Assembly: GCF_004010195.1 (NCBI RefSeq)
Contig: NW_025214519.1
Coordinates: 1-45,294 of the forward strand
Direction of reading: 5' to 3'
DNA length: 45,294 nucleotides
DNA from: Chiloscyllium plagiosum
Taxonomy: Eukaryota
Below, one piece after another: positions 15,901 through 29,254 of this stretch. Position 1 is the first letter of the stretch; each line of letters starts with the position of its first letter. Below the pieces are notes generated by a model, which searched no databases, was not told where the DNA came from, and was given only the letters and a program-made list of their open reading frames with translations. The position numbers and the translations under genes were made by a program.

Positions 15901-18900
15901 ATTCACACTGTCCCCACACACTGCAGTGTGTAAATATTCAACTGTCACCACACACTGCGGTGTGTAAATATTCACACTGTCCCCACACACTGCAGTGTGT
16001 AAATATTCAACTGTCACCACACACTGCGGTGTGTAAATATTCACACTGTCCCCACACACTGCAGTGTGTAAATATTCAACTGTCACCACACACTGCGGTG
16101 TGTAAATATTCACACTGTCCCCACACACTGCAGTGTGTAAATATTCAACTGTCACCACACACTGCGGTGTGTAAATATTCACACTGTCCCCACACACTGC
16201 AGTGTGTAAATATTCAACTGTCACCACACACTGCGGTGTGTAAATATTCACACTGTCCCCACACACTGCAGTGTGTAAATATTCAACTGTCACCACACAC
16301 TGCGGTGTGTAAATATTCACACTGTCCCCACACACTGCAGTGTGTAAATATTCAACTGTCACCACACACTGCGGTGTGTAAATATTCACACTGTCCCCAC
16401 ACACTGCAGTGTGTAAATATTCAACTGTCACCACACACTGCGGTGTGTAAATATTCACACTGTCCCCACACACTGCAGTGTGTAAATATTCAACTGTCAC
16501 CACACACTGCGGTGTGTAAATATTCACACTGTCCCCACACACTGCAGTGTGTAAATATTCAACTGTCACCACACACTGCGGTGTGTAAATATTCACACTG
16601 TCCCCACACACTGCAGTGTGTAAATATTCAACTGTCACCACACACTGCGGTGTGTAAATATTCACACTGTCCCCACACACTGCAGTGTGTAAATATTCAA
16701 CTGTCACCACACACTGCGGTGTGTAAATATTCACACTGTCCCCACACACTGCAGTGTGTAAATATTCAACTGTCACCACACACTGCGGTGTGTAAATATT
16801 CACACTGTCCCCACACACTGCAGTGTGTAAATATTCAACTGTCACCACACACTGCGGTGTGTAAATATTCACACTGTCCCCACACACTGCAGTGTGTAAA
16901 TATTCAACTGTCACCACACACTGCGGTGTGTAAATATTCACACTGTCCCCACACACTGCAGTGTGTAAATATTCAACTGTCACCACACACTGCGGTGTGT
17001 AAATATTCACACTGTCCCCACACACTGCAGTGTGTAAATATTCAACTGTCACCACACACTGCGGTGTGTAAATATTCACACTGTCCCCACACACTGCAGT
17101 GTGTAAATATTCAACTGTCACCACACACTGCGGTGTGTAAATATTCACACTGTCCCCACACACTGCAGTGTGTAAATATTCAACTGTCACCACACACTGC
17201 GGTGTGTAAATATTCACACTGTCCCCACACACTGCAGTGTGTAAATATTCAACTGTCACCACACACTGCGGTGTGTAAATATTCACACTGTCCCCACACA
17301 CTGCAGTGTGTAAATATTCAACTGTCACCACACACTGCGGTGTGTAAATATTCACACTGTCCCCACACACTGCAGTGTGTAAATATTCAACTGTCACCAC
17401 ACACTGCGGTGTGTAAATATTCACACTGTCCCCACACACTGCAGTGTGTAAATATTCAACTGTCACCACACACTGCGGTGTGTAAATATTCACACTGTCC
17501 CCACACACTGCAGTGTGTAAATATTCAACTGTCACCACACACTGCGGTGTGTAAATATTCACACTGTCCCCACACACTGCAGTGTGTAAATATTCAACTG
17601 TCACCACACACTGCGGTGTGTAAATATTCACACTGTCCCCACACACTGCAGTGTGTAAATATTCAACTGTCACCACACACTGCGGTGTGTAAATATTCAC
17701 ACTGTCCCCACACACTGCAGTGTGTAAATATTCAACTGTCACCACACACTGCGGTGTGTAAATATTCACACTGTCCCCACACACTGCAGTGTGTAAATAT
17801 TCAACTGTCACCACACACTGCGGTGTGTAAATATTCACACTGTCCCCACACACTGCAGTGTGTAAATATTCAACTGTCACCACACACTGCGGTGTGTAAA
17901 TATTCACACTGTCCCCACACACTGCAGTGTGTAAATATTCAACTGTCACCACACACTGCGGTGTGTAAATATTCACACTGTCCCCACACACTGCAGTGTG
18001 TAAATATTCAACTGTCACCACACACTGCGGTGTGTAAATATTCACACTGTCCCCACACACTGCAGTGTGTAAATATTCAACTGTCACCACACACTGCGGT
18101 GTGTAAATATTCACACTGTCCCCACACACTGCAGTGTGTAAATATTCAACTGTCACCACACACTGCGGTGTGTAAATATTCACACTGTCCCCACACACTG
18201 CAGTGTGTAAATATTCAACTGTCACCACACACTGCGGTGTGTAAATATTCACACTGTCCCCACACACTGCAGTGTGTAAATATTCAACTGTCACCACACA
18301 CTGCGGTGTGTAAATATTCACACTGTCCCCACACACTGCAGTGTGTAAATATTCAACTGTCACCACACACTGCGGTGTGTAAATATTCACACTGTCCCCA
18401 CACACTGCAGTGTGTAAATATTCAACTGTCACCACACACTGCGGTGTGTAAATATTCACACTGTCCCCACACACTGCAGTGTGTAAATATTCAACTGTCA
18501 CCACACACTGCGGTGTGTAAATATTCACACTGTCCCCACACACTGCAGTGTGTAAATATTCAACTGTCACCACACACTGCGGTGTGTAAATATTCACACT
18601 GTCCCCACACACTGCAGTGTGTAAATATTCAACTGTCACCACACACTGCGGTGTGTAAATATTCACACTGTCCCCACACACTGCAGTGTGTAAATATTCA
18701 ACTGTCACCACACACTGCGGTGTGTAAATATTCACACTGTCCCCACACACTGCAGTGTGTAAATATTCAACTGTCACCACACACTGCGGTGTGTAAATAT
18801 TCACACTGTCCCCACACACTGCAGTGTGTAAATATTCAACTGTCACCACACACTGCGGTGTGTAAATATTCACACTGTCCCCACACACTGCAGTGTGTAA

Positions 18901-21900
18901 ATATTCAACTGTCACCACACACTGCGGTGTGTAAATATTCACACTGTCCCCACACACTGCAGTGTGTAAATATTCAACTGTCACCACACACTGCGGTGTG
19001 TAAATATTCACACTGTCCCCACACACTGCAGTGTGTAAATATTCAACTGTCACCACACACTGCGGTGTGTAAATATTCACACTGTCCCCACACACTGCAG
19101 TGTGTAAATATTCAACTGTCACCACACACTGCGGTGTGTAAATATTCACACTGTCCCCACACACTGCAGTGTGTAAATATTCAACTGTCACCACACACTG
19201 CGGTGTGTAAATATTCACACTGTCCCCACACACTGCAGTGTGTAAATATTCAACTGTCACCACACACTGCGGTGTGTAAATATTCACACTGTCCCCACAC
19301 ACTGCAGTGTGTAAATATTCAACTGTCACCACACACTGCGGTGTGTAAATATTCACACTGTCCCCACACACTGCAGTGTGTAAATATTCAACTGTCACCA
19401 CACACTGCGGTGTGTAAATATTCACACTGTCCCCACACACTGCAGTGTGTAAATATTCAACTGTCACCACACACTGCGGTGTGTAAATATTCACACTGTC
19501 CCCACACACTGCAGTGTGTAAATATTCAACTGTCACCACACACTGCGGTGTGTAAATATTCACACTGTCCCCACACACTGCAGTGTGTAAATATTCAACT
19601 GTCACCACACACTGCGGTGTGTAAATATTCACACTGTCCCCACACACTGCAGTGTGTAAATATTCAACTGTCACCACACACTGCGGTGTGTAAATATTCA
19701 CACTGTCCCCACACACTGCAGTGTGTAAATATTCAACTGTCACCACACACTGCGGTGTGTAAATATTCACACTGTCCCCACACACTGCAGTGTGTAAATA
19801 TTCAACTGTCACCACACACTGCGGTGTGTAAATATTCACACTGTCCCCACACACTGCAGTGTGTAAATATTCAACTGTCACCACACACTGCGGTGTGTAA
19901 ATATTCACACTGTCCCCACACACTGCAGTGTGTAAATATTCAACTGTCACCACACACTGCGGTGTGTAAATATTCACACTGTCCCCACACACTGCAGTGT
20001 GTAAATATTCAACTGTCACCACACACTGCGGTGTGTAAATATTCACACTGTCCCCACACACTGCAGTGTGTAAATATTCAACTGTCACCACACACTGCGG
20101 TGTGTAAATATTCACACTGTCCCCACACACTGCAGTGTGTAAATATTCAACTGTCACCACACACTGCGGTGTGTAAATATTCACACTGTCCCCACACACT
20201 GCAGTGTGTAAATATTCAACTGTCACCACACACTGCGGTGTGTAAATATTCACACTGTCCCCACACACTGCAGTGTGTAAATATTCAACTGTCACCACAC
20301 ACTGCGGTGTGTAAATATTCACACTGTCCCCACACACTGCAGTGTGTAAATATTCAACTGTCACCACACACTGCGGTGTGTAAATATTCACACTGTCCCC
20401 ACACACTGCAGTGTGTAAATATTCAACTGTCACCACACACTGCGGTGTGTAAATATTCACACTGTCCCCACACACTGCAGTGTGTAAATATTCAACTGTC
20501 ACCACACACTGCGGTGTGTAAATATTCACACTGTCCCCACACACTGCAGTGTGTAAATATTCAACTGTCACCACACACTGCGGTGTGTAAATATTCACAC
20601 TGTCCCCACACACTGCAGTGTGTAAATATTCAACTGTCACCACACACTGCGGTGTGTAAATATTCACACTGTCCCCACACACTGCAGTGTGTAAATATTC
20701 AACTGTCACCACACACTGCGGTGTGTAAATATTCACACTGTCCCCACACACTGCAGTGTGTAAATATTCAACTGTCACCACACACTGCGGTGTGTAAATA
20801 TTCACACTGTCCCCACACACTGCAGTGTGTAAATATTCAACTGTCACCACACACTGCGGTGTGTAAATATTCACACTGTCCCCACACACTGCAGTGTGTA
20901 AATATTCAACTGTCACCACACACTGCGGTGTGTAAATATTCACACTGTCCCCACACACTGCAGTGTGTAAATATTCAACTGTCACCACACACTGCGGTGT
21001 GTAAATATTCACACTGTCCCCACACACTGCAGTGTGTAAATATTCAACTGTCACCACACACTGCGGTGTGTAAATATTCACACTGTCCCCACACACTGCA
21101 GTGTGTAAATATTCAACTGTCACCACACACTGCGGTGTGTAAATATTCACACTGTCCCCACACACTGCAGTGTGTAAATATTCAACTGTCACCACACACT
21201 GCGGTGTGTAAATATTCACACTGTCCCCACACACTGCAGTGTGTAAATATTCAACTGTCACCACACACTGCGGTGTGTAAATATTCACACTGTCCCCACA
21301 CACTGCAGTGTGTAAATATTCAACTGTCACCACACACTGCGGTGTGTAAATATTCACACTGTCCCCACACACTGCAGTGTGTAAATATTCAACTGTCACC
21401 ACACACTGCGGTGTGTAAATATTCACACTGTCCCCACACACTGCAGTGTGTAAATATTCAACTGTCACCACACACTGCGGTGTGTAAATATTCACACTGT
21501 CCCCACACACTGCAGTGTGTAAATATTCAACTGTCACCACACACTGCGGTGTGTAAATATTCACACTGTCCCCACACACTGCAGTGTGTAAATATTCAAC
21601 TGTCACCACACACTGCGGTGTGTAAATATTCACACTGTCCCCACACACTGCAGTGTGTAAATATTCAACTGTCACCACACACTGCGGTGTGTAAATATTC
21701 ACACTGTCCCCACACACTGCAGTGTGTAAATATTCAACTGTCACCACACACTGCGGTGTGTAAATATTCACACTGTCCCCACACACTGCAGTGTGTAAAT
21801 ATTCAACTGTCACCACACACTGCGGTGTGTAAATATTCACACTGTCCCCACACACTGCAGTGTGTAAATATTCAACTGTCACCACACACTGCGGTGTGTA

Positions 21901-24900
21901 AATATTCACACTGTCCCCACACACTGCAGTGTGTAAATATTCAACTGTCACCACACACTGCGGTGTGTAAATATTCACACTGTCCCCACACACTGCAGTG
22001 TGTAAATATTCAACTGTCACCACACACTGCGGTGTGTAAATATTCACACTGTCCCCACACACTGCAGTGTGTAAATATTCAACTGTCACCACACACTGCG
22101 GTGTGTAAATATTCACACTGTCCCCACACACTGCAGTGTGTAAATATTCAACTGTCACCACACACTGCGGTGTGTAAATATTCACACTGTCCCCACACAC
22201 TGCAGTGTGTAAATATTCAACTGTCACCACACACTGCGGTGTGTAAATATTCACACTGTCCCCACACACTGCAGTGTGTAAATATTCAACTGTCACCACA
22301 CACTGCGGTGTGTAAATATTCACACTGTCCCCACACACTGCAGTGTGTAAATATTCAACTGTCACCACACACTGCGGTGTGTAAATATTCACACTGTCCC
22401 CACACACTGCAGTGTGTAAATATTCAACTGTCACCACACACTGCGGTGTGTAAATATTCACACTGTCCCCACACACTGCAGTGTGTAAATATTCAACTGT
22501 CACCACACACTGCGGTGTGTAAATATTCACACTGTCCCCACACACTGCAGTGTGTAAATATTCAACTGTCACCACACACTGCGGTGTGTAAATATTCACA
22601 CTGTCCCCACACACTGCAGTGTGTAAATATTCAACTGTCACCACACACTGCGGTGTGTAAATATTCACACTGTCCCCACACACTGCAGTGTGTAAATATT
22701 CAACTGTCACCACACACTGCGGTGTGTAAATATTCACACTGTCCCCACACACTGCAGTGTGTAAATATTCAACTGTCACCACACACTGCGGTGTGTAAAT
22801 ATTCACACTGTCCCCACACACTGCAGTGTGTAAATATTCAACTGTCACCACACACTGCGGTGTGTAAATATTCACACTGTCCCCACACACTGCAGTGTGT
22901 AAATATTCAACTGTCACCACACACTGCGGTGTGTAAATATTCACACTGTCCCCACACACTGCAGTGTGTAAATATTCAACTGTCACCACACACTGCGGTG
23001 TGTAAATATTCACACTGTCCCCACACACTGCAGTGTGTAAATATTCAACTGTCACCACACACTGCGGTGTGTAAATATTCACACTGTCCCCACACACTGC
23101 AGTGTGTAAATATTCAACTGTCACCACACACTGCGGTGTGTAAATATTCACACTGTCCCCACACACTGCAGTGTGTAAATATTCAACTGTCACCACACAC
23201 TGCGGTGTGTAAATATTCACACTGTCCCCACACACTGCAGTGTGTAAATATTCAACTGTCACCACACACTGCGGTGTGTAAATATTCACACTGTCCCCAC
23301 ACACTGCAGTGTGTAAATATTCAACTGTCACCACACACTGCGGTGTGTAAATATTCACACTGTCCCCACACACTGCAGTGTGTAAATATTCAACTGTCAC
23401 CACACACTGCGGTGTGTAAATATTCACACTGTCCCCACACACTGCAGTGTGTAAATATTCAACTGTCACCACACACTGCGGTGTGTAAATATTCACACTG
23501 TCCCCACACACTGCAGTGTGTAAATATTCAACTGTCACCACACACTGCGGTGTGTAAATATTCACACTGTCCCCACACACTGCAGTGTGTAAATATTCAA
23601 CTGTCACCACACACTGCGGTGTGTAAATATTCACACTGTCCCCACACACTGCAGTGTGTAAATATTCAACTGTCACCACACACTGCGGTGTGTAAATATT
23701 CACACTGTCCCCACACACTGCAGTGTGTAAATATTCAACTGTCACCACACACTGCGGTGTGTAAATATTCACACTGTCCCCACACACTGCAGTGTGTAAA
23801 TATTCAACTGTCACCACACACTGCGGTGTGTAAATATTCACACTGTCCCCACACACTGCAGTGTGTAAATATTCAACTGTCACCACACACTGCGGTGTGT
23901 AAATATTCACACTGTCCCCACACACTGCAGTGTGTAAATATTCAACTGTCACCACACACTGCGGTGTGTAAATATTCACACTGTCCCCACACACTGCAGT
24001 GTGTAAATATTCAACTGTCACCACACACTGCGGTGTGTAAATATTCACACTGTCCCCACACACTGCAGTGTGTAAATATTCAACTGTCACCACACACTGC
24101 GGTGTGTAAATATTCACACTGTCCCCACACACTGCAGTGTGTAAATATTCAACTGTCACCACACACTGCGGTGTGTAAATATTCACACTGTCCCCACACA
24201 CTGCAGTGTGTAAATATTCAACTGTCACCACACACTGCGGTGTGTAAATATTCACACTGTCCCCACACACTGCAGTGTGTAAATATTCAACTGTCACCAC
24301 ACACTGCGGTGTGTAAATATTCACACTGTCCCCACACACTGCAGTGTGTAAATATTCAACTGTCACCACACACTGCGGTGTGTAAATATTCACACTGTCC
24401 CCACACACTGCAGTGTGTAAATATTCAACTGTCACCACACACTGCGGTGTGTAAATATTCACACTGTCCCCACACACTGCAGTGTGTAAATATTCAACTG
24501 TCACCACACACTGCGGTGTGTAAATATTCACACTGTCCCCACACACTGCAGTGTGTAAATATTCAACTGTCACCACACACTGCGGTGTGTAAATATTCAC
24601 ACTGTCCCCACACACTGCAGTGTGTAAATATTCAACTGTCACCACACACTGCGGTGTGTAAATATTCACACTGTCCCCACACACTGCAGTGTGTAAATAT
24701 TCAACTGTCACCACACACTGCGGTGTGTAAATATTCACACTGTCCCCACACACTGCAGTGTGTAAATATTCAACTGTCACCACACACTGCGGTGTGTAAA
24801 TATTCACACTGTCCCCACACACTGCAGTGTGTAAATATTCAACTGTCACCACACACTGCGGTGTGTAAATATTCACACTGTCCCCACACACTGCAGTGTG

Positions 24901-26718
24901 TAAATATTCAACTGTCACCACACACTGCGGTGTGTAAATATTCACACTGTCCCCACACACTGCAGTGTGTAAATATTCAACTGTCACCACACACTGCGGT
25001 GTGTAAATATTCACACTGTCCCCACACACTGCAGTGTGTAAATATTCAACTGTCACCACACACTGCGGTGTGTAAATATTCACACTGTCCCCACACACTG
25101 CAGTGTGTAAATATTCAACTGTCACCACACACTGCGGTGTGTAAATATTCACACTGTCCCCACACACTGCAGTGTGTAAATATTCAACTGTCACCACACA
25201 CTGCGGTGTGTAAATATTCACACTGTCCCCACACACTGCAGTGTGTAAATATTCAACTGTCACCACACACTGCGGTGTGTAAATATTCACACTGTCCCCA
25301 CACACTGCAGTGTGTAAATATTCAACTGTCACCACACACTGCGGTGTGTAAATATTCACACTGTCCCCACACACTGCAGTGTGTAAATATTCAACTGTCA
25401 CCACACACTGCGGTGTGTAAATATTCACACTGTCCCCACACACTGCAGTGTGTAAATATTCAACTGTCACCACACACTGCGGTGTGTAAATATTCACACT
25501 GTCCCCACACACTGCAGTGTGTAAATATTCAACTGTCACCACACACTGCGGTGTGTAAATATTCACACTGTCCCCACACACTGCAGTGTGTAAATATTCA
25601 ACTGTCACCACACACTGCGGTGTGTAAATATTCACACTGTCCCCACACACTGCAGTGTGTAAATATTCAACTGTCACCACACACTGCGGTGTGTAAATAT
25701 TCACACTGTCCCCACACACTGCAGTGTGTAAATATTCAACTGTCACCACACACTGCGGTGTGTAAATATTCACACTGTCCCCACACACTGCAGTGTGTAA
25801 ATATTCAACTGTCACCACACACTGCGGTGTGTAAATATTCACACTGTCCCCACACACTGCAGTGTGTAAATATTCAACTGTCACCACACACTGCGGTGTG
25901 TAAATATTCACACTGTCCCCACACACTGCAGTGTGTAAATATTCAACTGTCACCACACACTGCGGTGTGTAAATATTCACACTGTCCCCACACACTGCAG
26001 TGTGTAAATATTCAACTGTCACCACACACTGCGGTGTGTAAATATTCACACTGTCCCCACACACTGCAGTGTGTAAATATTCAACTGTCACCACACACTG
26101 CGGTGTGTAAATATTCACACTGTCCCCACACACTGCAGTGTGTAAATATTCAACTGTCACCACACACTGCGGTGTGTAAATATTCACACTGTCCCCACAC
26201 ACTGCAGTGTGTAAATATTCAACTGTCACCACACACTGCGGTGTGTAAATATTCACACTGTCCCCACACACTGCAGTGTGTAAATATTCAACTGTCACCA
26301 CACACTGCGGTGTGTAAATATTCACACTGTCCCCACACACTGCAGTGTGTAAATATTCAACTGTCACCACACACTGCGGTGTGTAAATATTCACACTGTC
26401 CCCACACACTGCAGTGTGTAAATATTCAACTGTCACCACACACTGCGGTGTGTAAATATTCACACTGTCCCCACACACTGCAGTGTGTAAATATTCAACT
26501 GTCACCACACACTGCGGTGTGTAAATATTCACACTGTCCCCACACACTGCAGTGTGTAAATATTCAACTGTCACCACACACTGCGGTGTGTAAATATTCA
26601 CACTGTCCCCACACACTGCAGTGTGTAAATATTCAACTGTCACCACACACTGCGGTGTGTAAATATTCACACTGTCCCCACACACTGCAGTGTGTAAATA
26701 TTCAACTGTCACCACACA
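931..26718. repeat. Homogeneous tandem array of a 69-bp dimer (35-bp A + 34-bp B), about 373.7 copies
   Basis: A=cacactgtccccacacactgcagtgtgtaaatatt, B=caactgtcaccacacactgcggtgtgtaaatatt. The last A starts at 26668 = 931+373x69. Sequence lines recur every 1380 bp (20x69), and the translated ORFs show an unvarying 23-aa period. Confidence 0.99.
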
Positions 26719-27089
26719 TTTGACCTTGTCCTCTGATCACATTCAGGTTGTGCCCACGGGCACTGCATGTTCTTGCTTCTCCTGGCCAGGAGGTGGCGAT
26801 CTTGACAATGGATTTCACAATGGTCTCCATTAGAGAGGACCCACAAATCAGGGACAGAGACCAGAGATTACAGGCTCCGCAGTCCCAGATCCGAGCACAA
26901 CGGGCCCCCGAGCATCCCAGGGACTGCTTGTTGTGTCCCGGACCCTAGCCATAATGCAAATAGTGCAACTGATCCTTCTGATTTTTCCCAACCTCACCAG
27001 GTCTCCACAATCATTGAGATTCGTTAAATGCAGCCTTTGCCAATTAAGGACCGCGATTGATGGGAAACAGACTGAAATGGGTCAATAAT

Positions 27090-27240
27090 ACAGTATTGGG
27101 GAGGTACAGACACAGATTGCCAAGTGTAAAATTGATGCTGTGGCTCTAACAGAGATCAGGCGGGACTGGGGATTCCTGGATACAAGGTGTTCAGTAAAGA
27201 TAGGAAAGAGGGAAAACTGCGGGAAGTGGTGGTATTGTTC
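27090..27240 (+). mobile_element. CR1 ORF2 APE-endonuclease N-terminal fragment
   Basis: Translates as GEVQTQIAKCKIDAVALTE ... IPGYKVFSKDRKEGK..EVVVL, matching the CR1 endonuclease motifs (DVVAITETW, IPGY..FRKDR...GGGVA). Confidence 0.75.
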
Positions 27241-27731
27241 TGGGCCCAGACAGAACTGACCAACCTTAGACTCTGAGATATGATGGAGATGAAGGGTGAA
27301 CTGTGCCGGGCTTTAACTCACTGTTACCAGAGTAAAACAGGGATTACCCATTTCACAAGAGAGTAAATGGATCTAACAAACCAGGTGCATGTGAAACACC
27401 CACCCCATCCCTGAGAGAGGGAGGGAAAAGAACAATGACATTCTCAGACAGAAAGGATACTAAAAATGGTATCACCCCGAGAGTGAAGGGTGGGGTGGGG
27501 ATAATGATAGTGGGGAAAGTAACATTGACACATGTAAAACAAGCGAGAATTCAACCAGACACCCACTCCGTCACACGTTGTTGAAGATGCACTTTCCTCA
27601 TCAAAACACTTTTGCAAACCTCTTCATACCACGCCAGGGGAGAGAAACATTGTAAAATGTTTTATCACGAGTTAGGGTCCATTTAAAACAAGGACTATGA
27701 TGTTAAATGTTCCGAGCCGTAAACAACAAGG

Positions 27732-28201
27732 TATTGACGTCATTACCTTATTAAACAATATTAAAACCTCGGCCAAACATTTTCCTGCAGACAGTGTATT
27801 TAAAATATCAAGAGGCTTTCCGAATTGTTGGTTTGATCAGTGACGTAGCAAGGAAGCAGCAGCTGCCCCATGGACTCCAACAAAAGAATGAGAACAGGCT
27901 CTTCATACAGAGCTGGCTCCCGAGAATCCAATTCAACAGCAGGGACCAAAGAACAAGGAACAATACAGCACAGGAACAGGCCCTTCGGCCCTACAAGCCT
28001 GTGCTGACACATTTTGCCCTTCCATACAGAAACTGTCTTTACCTTCAGGATTGATATCCTTTCCTATTCATGCATTAGTGCAGGTATTTCTTGAATACTT
28101 CTACTGTGTCTGCTTCCACCCCCTCCTCTGGCAGTGTGTTCCAGGTGCTCAAATCCCTTTGTGTGAAATACTTGCCTCGCACATCTCTTTTAAATTCCCC
28201 C
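27732..28201. repeat. Copy 1 of a ~470-bp direct duplication (includes a CR1 3' end at ~27948-28201, minus strand)
   Basis: Runs tattgacgtcattacc ... acatctcttttaaattccccc. Colinear with 28778-29254 apart from scattered substitutions and small indels. Confidence 0.95.
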
Positions 28202-28777
28202 AGGCCCAGGACCTCCATGTCCTCAGCTGAGTGGGAGGAGAGTGCAAATGTTGGGTCACAGGGTGGTGGGGTTGATTTCTGCGGGTGTCCCGGAGATGTT
28301 CCCTTAAGCGCTCTGCTAGGAGGCGTCCAGTCTCCCCAATGTAGAGGAGACCGCATCGGGAGCAACGGATACAATAAATGATATTAGTGGATGTGCAGGT
28401 AAAACTTTGATGGATGTGGAAGGCTTCTTTAGGGCCTTGGATGGAGGTGAGGGAGGATGTGTGGGTGCAGGTTTTGCAGTTTCTGTGGTGCCAGGAGTGG
28501 AGGGTAGGTTGAAGGGGGGCATGGACCTGACCAGGTAGTCACGGAGGGAACGGTCTTTGTGGAAGGCGGAAAGGGGTGGGGAGGGAAATGTATCCCTGGT
28601 GGTGGGGTCTTTTTGGAAGTGGCGGAAATGTCGGCGTATGATTTGGTTTATACGAAGGTTGGTGGGGTGGAAGGTGAGCACCAGGGGTGTACTGTCCTTG
28701 TTACGATTGGAGGGGTGGGGTTTGAGGGCGGAGGTGCGGGATGTGGACGAGATGCATTGGAGGGCATCTTTAACCAC
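28202..28777 (-). mobile_element. Penelope-like element fragment (RT C-terminal linker plus GIY-YIG endonuclease), frameshifted
   Basis: ORF 28316-28822 contains PLVLTFHPTNLRINQIIRRHF ... PPLSAFHKDRSLRDYLVRS. Another frame gives CKTCTHTSS ... FTCTSTNIIYCIRCSRCGLLYIGETGRLLAERLREHL, a GIY-YIG signature. Confidence 0.92.
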
Positions 28778-29254
28778 TATTGATGTCATTATCTTATTAA
28801 ACAATATTAAAACCTCAGTCAAACTTTTTCCAGTGGACAGTGTATTTAAAATATCAAGAGGCTTTCCGCATTGTTGGTTTGATCAGTGACGTAGCAAGGA
28901 AGCAGCAGCTGCCCTATGGACTCCAACAAAGAATGAGAACAGGCTCTTCATACGGAACTGGCTCCTGAGAATCAAATTCAACAGCAGGGACCAAAGAACA
29001 AGGAACAATACAGCACAGGAACAGGCCCTTCGGCCCTCCAAGCCTGTGCTGACACATTTTGCCCTTCCATACTGAAACTGTCTTCACCTACAGGATTCAT
29101 ATCCCTCTATTCCCTTCCTATTCATACATTAGTGGGAGTATTTCTTGAAACTTCTGTTGTGTCTGCTTCCACCCCCTCCTCTGGCAGTGTGTTCCAGGCA
29201 CTCAACTCCCTTTGTGTGAAATACTTGCCTCGCACATCTCTTTTAAATTCCCCC
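28778..29254. repeat. Copy 2 of the ~470-bp direct duplication
   Basis: Runs tattgatgtcattatc ... acatctcttttaaattccccc, then continues seamlessly into the longer CR1. Confidence 0.95.

Noticed and set aside
757..26718. CRISPR-like appearance (35-bp palindromic repeats)
   Set aside because: There are no unique spacers and no cas genes, and the context is vertebrate.
826..26723. Two giant ORFs (8629 aa minus, 8624 aa plus) of Cys/His-rich 23-aa repeats
   Set aside because: The 69-bp period is divisible by 3 and the few stops fall in other frames, so one frame per strand stays open automatically. Both start at GTG inside the repeat, show no synonymous variation and have no unique domains.
26954..26961. 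Octamer ATGCAAAT (ATTTGCAT on minus, the light-chain promoter orientation)
   Set aside because: No TATA box or hydrophobic leader exon follows (the downstream ATG gives METIVKSIVKIATSW). One 8-mer can occur by chance, and it falls inside the putative V-like frame.
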